Shown here in pieces: positions 21,445-31,166 of a DNA stretch of 64,000 bases; within the stretch, counting starts at the first letter, position 1; each line of letters begins with the position of its first letter. Origin of the DNA: Promethearchaeota archaeon Loki_b32. GTDB lineage: Archaea; Asgardarchaeota; Lokiarchaeia; Sigyniarchaeales; SOKP01. The position numbers and the translations under genes were made by a program. The notes beneath the pieces were generated by a model. It worked only from the letters and a program-made list of their open reading frames with translations, was not told where the DNA came from and did not search any database. Location: NCBI GenBank assembly GCA_005223125.1, contig NJBH01000005.1, positions 32,001 through 96,000 on the forward strand. The letters are read 5' to 3'.

Positions 21445-21741
21445 ATGAGTGAAGAAGGAGAAGAAAAAGAAAATTTCGTAGAAAAATTGAATCAACAATT
21501 TACTGATTTCGTTGGAAGTGTTTTTGGCGAATCTGGAAAGGATTTTATTGAGGAAACTTCTGAAAAAATAAAAGAATTCAGTTCTGGTGCTATTGAAAAA
21601 TTTATGGAATTTAGCGATGATGTAATTGAAAAACTTAACTTAAATGAAAATGAACAAGTAATTAAAGCTCGAGATAGCGTAGAAGACTTGTTAAAACAAG
21701 CAGGACTCTTAAAAGAAAGCGAGGAAGAAGAGGAGTTCTAA
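21445..21741 (+). CDS. Hypothetical acidic amphipathic-helix protein
   Basis: 98-aa ORF, very E/K-rich. Confidence 0.75.
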   Translation: MSEEGEEKENFVEKLNQQFTDFVGSVFGESGKDFIEETSEKIKEFSSGAIEKFMEFSDDVIEKLNLNENEQVIKARDSVEDLLKQAGLLKESEEEEEF

Positions 21742-21818
21742 TAGAAATTTAGAATTTTGGATTTAAATTTTATTTATTTCTTTATTTTAATTTAAAAACT
21801 AATTTTAATTAAAATTAA

Positions 21819-22061
21819 TTACATAACATTAGCGTTTTTTAAGAAAGATTTAATTTCTTCTTGAGTTGCATTAAATAATTCTGATATAACCATTAAGGAT
21901 GTTACCTCATCCATTCCTAAACCAGTATAATCTTGATATAATTTTATCCAAGTTTCCTTTTGAGTATATTTTTCTGGATGCGTGCTCTGGATATGAGCCC
22001 AGTAAGGATGTTCTAGCGCGACACCACAATATGGGCAAAACCTAGACTCTTCTTCACTCAT
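21819..22061 (-). CDS. Small protein with C2H2-like zinc finger
   Basis: FCPYC-x10-HIQSTH followed by a helical region. Confidence 0.75.
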   Translation of the reverse strand: MSEEESRFCPYCGVALEHPYWAHIQSTHPEKYTQKETWIKLYQDYTGLGMDEVTSLMVISELFNATQEEIKSFLKNANVM

Positions 22062-22200
22062 AAAATTAATCCCTAACCTTATTAATCATTTATATTTTTT
22101 TTTTTTTTTTGAGTAATTGTAATAAACCAATATTAGTATAAAAAATTTTTAATTTCGAAAATTTAAAAAATACGCACTGAGAGTTTTTTGTCATAATCTT

Positions 22201-22716
22201 TTATTCCCATTTATTTTTCAAATCTTTTCTTGTAAGTTTTCTAACTTTAGCTATAGCCCAGACTACATAATGATAGCAATTCTTAGCCCATATTTTGTTT
22301 TTTTGATATTCTTTCATGCCTTCCGGTTTGCTAAAATCATAACCACAGAGTTCTGAGCAAATAACCGTATTAAATTCTTTTTCAAATTCAGTTGCAAATT
22401 TCGCTGCCTTCAGATATGACATTAACATAGTTCCGTTGTCCATCCTTTCGTGTCCTCCCATAATAACTCCTATTGCTGAACATGCCCCGCAAACAGCACC
22501 GCAGGCTCCTTGCCAGCCCTCTTTAGATTTGTAACCACCAAACCCCCCAGCTAGAGGGATTGCAAGGTTATGAAAAATATGGCTATCGATTCCCAAAATA
22601 TCTAGAACACTAGTCAATGTCAGTTCAGCACAATTGGCGCCCACTTTAAGTTTAGGTAATAATTCATTTAATTCTTTAATTTTTTCGTCAAATCTTTTAT
22701 CAATGTTTTGTAACAT
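22201..22716 (-). CDS. C_GCAxxG_C_C family putative redox-active protein
   Basis: NCAE, GFGG, ACGAVCG, VICSELCG, NC. Confidence 0.88.
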   Translation of the reverse strand: MLQNIDKRFDEKIKELNELLPKLKVGANCAELTLTSVLDILGIDSHIFHNLAIPLAGGFGGYKSKEGWQGACGAVCGACSAIGVIMGGHERMDNGTMLMSYLKAAKFATEFEKEFNTVICSELCGYDFSKPEGMKEYQKNKIWAKNCYHYVVWAIAKVRKLTRKDLKNKWE

Positions 22717-22849
22717 AATTATAACTTAATCTTAGTTTGTTGTTTTTAACGGTATAAATATATAGTCTAAAATTAAATATGAAAATAGCTATTAGTTTCT
22801 TAACAATAATTTTTAGTAATATAATTATAAATCATATTTTTCTGACTCT

Positions 22850-23299
22850 ATGAGGAAGGAACTTTACGAGATAGGTTTTGTATTCCGAGGATTTGTCCTA
22901 GTCAATCATACATTTAAAGAATTACCTGTTCAAAAAGACCATGGAATAAATAAGGATCTTAGAGGGGCATTTATTTCTGCTATTAATACATTTGTAGATA
23001 CCGCTTTTAATAAAAATTCTTTAGAATATTTAGAGTCGGGAAATATCTTATTTATCTTTAAAATATCTGAAGTTCAATCCGTAGACAATCATGTTAAAGA
23101 ACCAATAATATTATATGGGTTAGTCGATAAGAGTAAAAAGAAATCAGATAAACTCGTTAGGAAATTTTTCGAGAAAGTTGATCCCGTGTTACAATTATTT
23201 ATTCAAAGATACAATGGAGTCGATTTCACTCAATTAAACCAATTTGAGTATTTTAATGAAACATTACTGGAGTTTTTTATAAAAAAAACTCAAGAATAA
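22850..23299 (+). CDS. Putative stand-alone longin-like domain protein
   Basis: Beta-beta-alpha (DLRGAFISAINTFV)-beta-beta-beta-alpha-alpha pattern ending FIQRY...QFEYFNETL; family inferred by eye. Confidence 0.55.
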   Translation: MRKELYEIGFVFRGFVLVNHTFKELPVQKDHGINKDLRGAFISAINTFVDTAFNKNSLEYLESGNILFIFKISEVQSVDNHVKEPIILYGLVDKSKKKSDKLVRKFFEKVDPVLQLFIQRYNGVDFTQLNQFEYFNETLLEFFIKKTQE

Positions 23300-24970
23300 T
23301 TATTCAACTAAACTCCAGCCTTTGGGTTTAGCCCTTGAGTATTGAATTTTGCCTTGTTCTTTTAGTATTGCTATTTCTTTTTCAATTTGAGTATTAGAGA
23401 ATCCTTTTTCCTTGATATCACTAATAAATTGAGCTTTTGTAGCTACTACTTTTTGCTCTTTTAAATAAGCGTTAATGACATCTTCCAATGAACCCCCAGC
23501 ACTCACTTTTTCTTTTGGAACTGGCTTCTTAGGTTCACTTCCAAGAGCGGCACGTAATTTTACCTTTTTAGGCTCAACTGATTTTTCAATGACTAATGGT
23601 TGTACTTTAGGTTTTGGTTGCTCTTCAACTTTAACTTCAGCTTTAACCTCTTCAGGCATTTCTTTTTGGATTTCTTCATCAGGTAAACTCCAAACAGGGT
23701 AATTAACCTTTTCATAAACAACTGATTTTTGCGTCTTTAAAAGTGCGAATTCATCTAATATTTCATCTTCAGAATACCCTAATTCTGATAAATCTTTCAT
23801 CAAATCTTTTAGATGTCCCTTTTCTTGCAATATATTGAAAATATGTTCTCTTATATTTGAGGGGATATCCTTTATTTTGGCTATTTCCTTAATTAAATCT
23901 TCTCTTTTGCTTATCTGTATTTCAGGTATTCTTATTTTTTGAGGAATATCAAGTGATTGTTTTTGGCCCCATTCAAAATCAGTAACATTTCTAATTTTAC
24001 GATCATATCCACCAAATACAATCTGTTTTAAATTTTGTTCTTTAACTGTGCAATAGCATACTTTTTTAATTGATGTAGCCACTTTTGTCTTCCATTTTAA
24101 TTCAAAATCTTGAGAATTTAACGAAGGATTATGGAATACCTTTAATGAACCATCAGCGCATCCAGCAACAATTTCCTTAGCATTATCACCATCAATATCT
24201 TCAACTAATAATGAAATAGGGCGTCCTTCATTAGTATCAATCTCTGTTATTAGCTCTCCCTCACTGTTTAGAATTTTAATGGAAGAATCATCTGTACTAA
24301 GAATAACTTCATTAAAGCCATCATTTGTTACATCTCCGACTTTAATATCATTAATTTGAGAGCTAAAATTTTTCTGCCAAACAATATCAACCATGTTATC
24401 CTGAAATTGAATTAGTTGAACTAATCCATTTTTTGTGCCAACTAATAGTCCATAAATAGGATCTTCTACATCAGGTAATTTTAAGTAATTCAAAGTGCAA
24501 GTTGTGACCCAGGAGTCATAGTAAAGGATATATTTTGGCTCCTTAGCCTTTAATTCATCGAAAATTCTAAGGGTCTTATCTTCACTCCCAAATATCAGTT
24601 CAATATCCCCATCTCGAGTAAAATCTCCTGCGATACAGCAATTGATCCTCTTAGATGATTTGTAGCGCATTAATCCTACTAGTTTTTTCTTTTCTAAATT
24701 TAACTTTAAAACCATGAAATTTCCATCTCCAGCCCCAACTAGCACTTCATCACATCCATCTCCATCGAGATCAATAGGATAACAGCACCGACACCATCCA
24801 TCAAAAACCCTTTCATCGATAATATTCTTCTCTTCATCCATTAGATAAAGAGTTTTATCATGTCCACCAAAAATTAGAAAATTATTGTTTTTACAACTCA
24901 AAACTGAACATGTTAACACCGCATCCGGACATTCAAACATCCAATTCAGTTGATAACGTTTTCTTATCAT
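23300..24970 (-). CDS. FG-GAP/WD-like beta-propeller protein (BBS2/ITFG-like blades) with charged linker and C-terminal winged-helix-like domain
   Basis: Repeats DLDGDGCDEVLVG, DFTRDGDIELIFGSEDKTLRIF, DVTNDGFNEVIL, DIDGDNAKEIVAG; no signal peptide. Confidence 0.75.
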   Translation of the reverse strand: MIRKRYQLNWMFECPDAVLTCSVLSCKNNNFLIFGGHDKTLYLMDEEKNIIDERVFDGWCRCCYPIDLDGDGCDEVLVGAGDGNFMVLKLNLEKKKLVGLMRYKSSKRINCCIAGDFTRDGDIELIFGSEDKTLRIFDELKAKEPKYILYYDSWVTTCTLNYLKLPDVEDPIYGLLVGTKNGLVQLIQFQDNMVDIVWQKNFSSQINDIKVGDVTNDGFNEVILSTDDSSIKILNSEGELITEIDTNEGRPISLLVEDIDGDNAKEIVAGCADGSLKVFHNPSLNSQDFELKWKTKVATSIKKVCYCTVKEQNLKQIVFGGYDRKIRNVTDFEWGQKQSLDIPQKIRIPEIQISKREDLIKEIAKIKDIPSNIREHIFNILQEKGHLKDLMKDLSELGYSEDEILDEFALLKTQKSVVYEKVNYPVWSLPDEEIQKEMPEEVKAEVKVEEQPKPKVQPLVIEKSVEPKKVKLRAALGSEPKKPVPKEKVSAGGSLEDVINAYLKEQKVVATKAQFISDIKEKGFSNTQIEKEIAILKEQGKIQYSRAKPKGWSLVE

Positions 24971-25120
24971 GATTTCTCAAGATTATATATAATAATAGAA
25001 ATTAATGGTACTAATTAAAATAAATTTCATTGTTTATTCATTTAATACTTATCCCTAAGTTTATTAAAGTATTATTGAAAAATATAAAAAATAAAAAAAA
25101 TAAAAAATGTTATTTTAATT

Positions 25121-27304
25121 TTAGAGCGCTAATTGGGCATCAGAAGGACTATATTTACCAGTACCTGTTATTTCATAGGTTATTTCTAAGTGGTCTCCTA
25201 CTTCTAAAACATCAATATCCCATTTTAATGTATCTTGTCCCACTTCATCTGTAATTTCAGGAGTCATGGAATAGGTTCCATATTCAAATGAATCTGGAAC
25301 TTTATCGAGTAGTACAAGATGATGCAATTTAGATTCACCAATATTTTCAAGCGTTAATATAATTCTGTAGTTCCCGAGATCTCCAATAGGTACAACTTCC
25401 TTTCCAATCCTGAATTTTCGTCTGATGTGCATTGCCTCGATTACAGGAACCTCTGGTTTGAATTCTAACTCTTGACTTACTGGAAAAGTATTAGCGAGAT
25501 AAGTAATTTCAGATTCAAAGGTAGATTCACGTGCAGGATTTACGCAATGAATAGGATATTCAAACTCCATTGTTGATTCAGGCTTAAACATACCAGTGCT
25601 ACTGTCTTTTAGATCTCTAAGATCAATTTTGAATTCATTATTCTCAAAACTTACGGCAACATCAGCTACTTCAACTTCTTCTCCATCCCATACTAGTTTA
25701 ATCTCATCTGCTTTTGGTGGTTGATATTCTTCTGAAAAACTCTGCTGAACAAGTGTTACCTCATTTAGAGGAGCCGAACCATTATTGACTAATTTAAGTG
25801 TAGCGACAACATCTTTAGTTCGATAAGTAGGAACTTCAGTCAAGTTATAGGACATTACTCCAGTAATACTACCAATCTCTAAGATAACATCTGAAAGAGC
25901 AATTGTTCCATTTACGATGGTTTGAAAATCAGGCATTACCCTAAATTCTAATTTTTTCCTGAAAGTAGGATATTCTTCACTCTCAAATTCCCATTTCGTT
26001 GAGTGCCATTGTGCGCCACTAGGAAGTAAGGGTACATCATTTGGGTCAATATCTACAAATTTTTTTGACTCATCTTCAGGAGAATATACATCCGCATTGA
26101 AAAGTTGAATAATAAATTCCGAAGAATTATCAAATACAAGTTTACAGTCGAATATTCCTGGTTCTTCATCTCTTTCAACTGTATCTATATAAAATTTATT
26201 TCTTGTATACGCATCAAACTTACCTATATCTAAACCTTCAGCAAAAGAAGATGCGCTTTGGTATGTGACTTCAATTGTTCCTGTTCGTCTTTTAGTTATA
26301 TCATTAACCATGATGTTACAGGTGAATTTCAACATCACAGTGTACTCTGGGGCCAATTTATCAATAGTCCAGACTATTTGATTTCCTTCAATATTAGCTC
26401 TTCCTTCAGTAGTATCTTTGATCATCGGGTTTGTAAAATCATCTGGAATATTTTTTACAACTTTAATATTGGAAACAGGTTTATCAAACATACTTCTAAG
26501 GGCTATAGCGAAGTGAACCACATTTTCTTTATCAATTGAGATTCCGAAAGATTCTAGGCCACTTTCAACAAGAGTTCCTCCATCTCCCCAAGTCTCGCCC
26601 GTTATTGTTTCCTCTTCTTCCTCTTCTTCTTCCTCCTCTTCGGCTTCAGGTTCTTTTGGAGATTTAGCAGGTTTAGCAGGTTTAGCAGGTTTAGAGGGCA
26701 CACCACTTTTTTTATCCTTTAATTTTAATAACTCTTTCTCAATATCATTTATGTTTAATGCATCATCCGCGTTTGGATTTGTATTAATAAACTCTTTCAC
26801 AAGAAGGAGATTTTTAATATCCTTTGTTATTTTAAATTCTCTTGAGTCTACATTATCAGGAGATTCAGTACCTAATTCTCTTATTGATATATCTTTTGAT
26901 TTCAAATCTGTACTTCCAATATTTTCAAGTGAAACATCAATATCCCATAATCTATCAACTTTACTAGAATTCTCAATGTTAAATTTTCCACTATGGGCAA
27001 ACGATTTAATATTAACATCATGATCTTGTTCTACATCAACAGTTTCAATTATTTTCACTAAGGCTAATAGTCCCTCCCTATTACCATTTTTCAAAACGAT
27101 ACTACCTTCGAGTTCTCCAGTGTCTTCATCATATGTTTCAATAATAGGTGTAGATGTATCTCTATCAATTAATTCAACTAGTCCTGTGTCCATGTCTTTT
27201 CTTTTTAATGCCTCAGCAATAATCTCTTCTTCAGCTTCTGTCGCATCATAGCCCATTCGTGTCGATGGTCTCGTTACTTTCTTTTTCTTATCTTTTTTAG
27301 CCAT
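25121..27304 (-). CDS. Large acidic beta-sandwich repeat protein
   Basis: Repeated units (VKNIPDDF...IVWTIDKL; LDKVPDSF...LKWDIDVL), PAK x3 and poly-E linker, basic N-terminus, no signal peptide. Confidence 0.7.
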   Translation of the reverse strand: MAKKDKKKKVTRPSTRMGYDATEAEEEIIAEALKRKDMDTGLVELIDRDTSTPIIETYDEDTGELEGSIVLKNGNREGLLALVKIIETVDVEQDHDVNIKSFAHSGKFNIENSSKVDRLWDIDVSLENIGSTDLKSKDISIRELGTESPDNVDSREFKITKDIKNLLLVKEFINTNPNADDALNINDIEKELLKLKDKKSGVPSKPAKPAKPAKSPKEPEAEEEEEEEEEEETITGETWGDGGTLVESGLESFGISIDKENVVHFAIALRSMFDKPVSNIKVVKNIPDDFTNPMIKDTTEGRANIEGNQIVWTIDKLAPEYTVMLKFTCNIMVNDITKRRTGTIEVTYQSASSFAEGLDIGKFDAYTRNKFYIDTVERDEEPGIFDCKLVFDNSSEFIIQLFNADVYSPEDESKKFVDIDPNDVPLLPSGAQWHSTKWEFESEEYPTFRKKLEFRVMPDFQTIVNGTIALSDVILEIGSITGVMSYNLTEVPTYRTKDVVATLKLVNNGSAPLNEVTLVQQSFSEEYQPPKADEIKLVWDGEEVEVADVAVSFENNEFKIDLRDLKDSSTGMFKPESTMEFEYPIHCVNPARESTFESEITYLANTFPVSQELEFKPEVPVIEAMHIRRKFRIGKEVVPIGDLGNYRIILTLENIGESKLHHLVLLDKVPDSFEYGTYSMTPEITDEVGQDTLKWDIDVLEVGDHLEITYEITGTGKYSPSDAQLAL
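26663..26694. repeat. 9-bp tandem repeat TTTAGCAGG x3.5 (encodes PAK repeats on the minus strand)
   Basis: Directly visible in the sequence. Confidence 0.9.
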
Positions 27305-27634
27305 TGTTTTTTACCAAGACTTTATTTTGATTTAATTTGAAAACTATTTACCAATTAATATAAATTAATCGATAAAATAAATTCATCGGCAAACTTTAAA
27401 AAATTTATCAATATAAGAGGTCAGAGAGTTGTGTGTAACAGAAATGAAGTTTTATCCCATTTTACACAAATTTCTTATCATTTTTTTTTGGATAAAATGG
27501 TTTTATGTTAGGATCATTAAATTCATGACCACACATGGGACATTTACTCTTAATATTTCTTGTTTTAATATCTAAATGAAAGCTGAAACCACATAAAGGA
27601 CAAATTATTACTTCACTCATTATTATCACTTTTA

Positions 27635-29086
27635 TTAAGAGCTTTGTATTTTAATTTTTCGTGAAAGGAGAATCAAGATTATATCATTAACATTACATCC
27701 TGTAGGACCTGTAATTAGTTCAACACCTAATTTCTGGAAAAATCTATTTGAATCATTATTTTCTAAGAATTTCTCTGGATCAATTTTCTTAAGAACCATT
27801 TGTTCCAATACGTAATTATCGACAAGAGCCCCCATTGCTTTACTGTTTCCTTCAATACCATCAAGATTCGCACCAATGATTAAAAAATTGTTATCAAAAT
27901 TCTTATTTTTTACATTATTTAGGAAACTTAATAACATCTCTTGATTCCTTCCCCCAATACCAGTTCCTTTAATTGTAACTGTCAATTCACCAGTTCCAAT
28001 TAGCGCAATCTTTTCAATTTTATTCCTATCTAAACTTTCTATTCCATCTTGAGTAGTTATGTTATATACAGTTTTTCCAAATTCTTTAGCTTCACCAATT
28101 ATATTATTAGAGAAAAATTTGACTTCAAATCCCTGTTCAATTAAGAATATTTTAACTTTCTGAGCTGCAAGGGACACACTTCCAATTAAATAATTATGAA
28201 TATTTGTAAAACAAACATCATCGGGTTTTGGATTTTCTAATGTTTTATCTAATAATCCCTTTTCTAAATATTCTTTTACTGAATTTGGGATTTCTTTTAA
28301 GAGCTCATATTTCTTTATTATTTCAAGAGCATCCTCATAAGTACTTCTATCAGGTACGGTAGGTCCAGAAGCAATCGAATCTAAATTATCCCCGACAACA
28401 TCTGAAATGATCAATGAAATCATGGTGGCCCCACTTGAATTATATAATTGCTTTGCTAAATTACCTCCCTTAAAATCGGATAAATGTTTTCTAATAGTAT
28501 TAATTTCGTGAATTGATGCCCCAGAAGATATTAGTAAGGAATTAACTTTTTGTAATTCTTCAAGTTTTATACCTTGTTTTGGCAAAGGAAGTAAAGCAGA
28601 ACCCCCTCCAGAAATTAAACAGAAGAAAAGATCTTTTTCAGTCGAATTCTTAACAATGTCTATCATGGATTTAGTTCCGCTAAGTCCTTTTTCATTTGGG
28701 ATAGGATGTGAAGCAAAATTAATGATTATTTTACTTTCTTTAATATTTTCTGGGATTTCTGAATTCTCTGGTATATTTATAATACCCTCATAATCAATAT
28801 CTTTCATATTTACTAACATTCTTTCAAGTGCCAATGACATTTCTGCTGTTGCCTTTCCCCCACCAATAACATATATCTTTTTAAATTTGTGTAAATCGTA
28901 CTCATCATTTTGAATGAATAATTTACCATTTTGGAATTTAAGTGATTTTTCTATTATGTTTTTAGGTTTTACTGCAGATATTGATATTTCAAGAGCATTT
29001 AGCCCAATTTCTCTTAGAGTTAATATATTGCTGTTTAAACCATCGAAAAGAAGTTGTGAAGCATTTTTAATATACAAAAGCAACAC
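27635..29086 (-). CDS. Glycerate 2-kinase (MOFRL family)
   Basis: GGGKA, ASHPIP, LISGGGSAL, SDVVGD, IASGPT, GGRNQE, TGPTGCNVND. Confidence 0.93.
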   Translation of the reverse strand: MLLLYIKNASQLLFDGLNSNILTLREIGLNALEISISAVKPKNIIEKSLKFQNGKLFIQNDEYDLHKFKKIYVIGGGKATAEMSLALERMLVNMKDIDYEGIINIPENSEIPENIKESKIIINFASHPIPNEKGLSGTKSMIDIVKNSTEKDLFFCLISGGGSALLPLPKQGIKLEELQKVNSLLISSGASIHEINTIRKHLSDFKGGNLAKQLYNSSGATMISLIISDVVGDNLDSIASGPTVPDRSTYEDALEIIKKYELLKEIPNSVKEYLEKGLLDKTLENPKPDDVCFTNIHNYLIGSVSLAAQKVKIFLIEQGFEVKFFSNNIIGEAKEFGKTVYNITTQDGIESLDRNKIEKIALIGTGELTVTIKGTGIGGRNQEMLLSFLNNVKNKNFDNNFLIIGANLDGIEGNSKAMGALVDNYVLEQMVLKKIDPEKFLENNDSNRFFQKLGVELITGPTGCNVNDIILILLSRKIKIQSS

Positions 29087-29640
29087 TTCAATATTTAGAT
29101 TGATAATCTTGTTAATTTTCTGTTATATAATCCTTTCCAATTTAATAAATTATTTATAGAAAAAGGTAGGTATCCATTCTTAAAAAAACAAACTAAAAAG
29201 AGATTAAAAAAATTGAAAATAGCGATATCTTAAACCAGCTTCATAAGCTAAATGGTTGCCAATTTTTCCGTTGCTATATTCAATCTTGGCACTATAACTC
29301 ACCGTTTTTATCACCAGTTTAAAAATTTAAAATATCTCACGGTTTTATGATAATCATGCGTTTCATACCATACTATATTAGGCGCATCGGCTTGGTTTAT
29401 AGAGACATTGATGATTATCTGTGCCTTTATGAACGGTGATGGTTGCATATCTATTTCTCTTTGGAGAAGTGGGTAACCTGCCAATAAATATTTATTCTAG
29501 TGTCAATCTCCTATATCAAATAAAAAATATAACATTGAATAAAGAGAATTTAGAAGTTTAGAAAATAATCAAGCAATTTCGGTTAGGATGCTTATAATTT
29601 ACCATCCATAATCCAACAGAAATAAGGTTCTTTACTCTCT

Positions 29641-29787
29641 TTAAAACGGTAACACGAACAGTATAAGATAGAAAAATACAGAAATAACAATAAAAGCTGC
29701 TAGCCATGAATGAATACTATCTAACCGTTTATTTATCTTCATTAATTCATTAACAATATTATCCTTTGAATCTTGAATTTCACCCAT
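29641..29787 (-). CDS. 48-aa tail-anchored small membrane protein
   Basis: MGEIQDSKDNIVNELMKINKRLDSIHSWLAAFIVISVFFYLILFVLPF*, preceded by SD-like AGGAGGGA; below the ORF-track size cutoff. Confidence 0.65.
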   Translation of the reverse strand: MGEIQDSKDNIVNELMKINKRLDSIHSWLAAFIVISVFFYLILFVLPF

Positions 29788-29941
29788 TTCAATCCCTCCT
29801 ATCAATTTAATTTATAATTATTATATTTTAGGAAACAAGCTCTTATAAATCTTTTTTTAAAACAATAACACGAAAATAATAAAAAAATTTGTAATATTAG
29901 GAATCCAAACACACATTTATATAAAATTTACTACTTATTGA

Positions 29942-31061
<1,120 letters not shown>

Positions 31062-31166
31062 GTGTTAATTTTATTTAATTTCTAGGAGTTTATCTTCAAA
31101 ATATACTGGAAATGATTAATAATTTCAGTTTTTATTAATAGGAGTTAATGAGAAAAAAATCTAAAC

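Noticed and set aside
22095-22110. T16 homopolymer as a regulatory element
   Set aside because: Compatible with an ordinary U-rich terminator context or sequencing noise; no further support.
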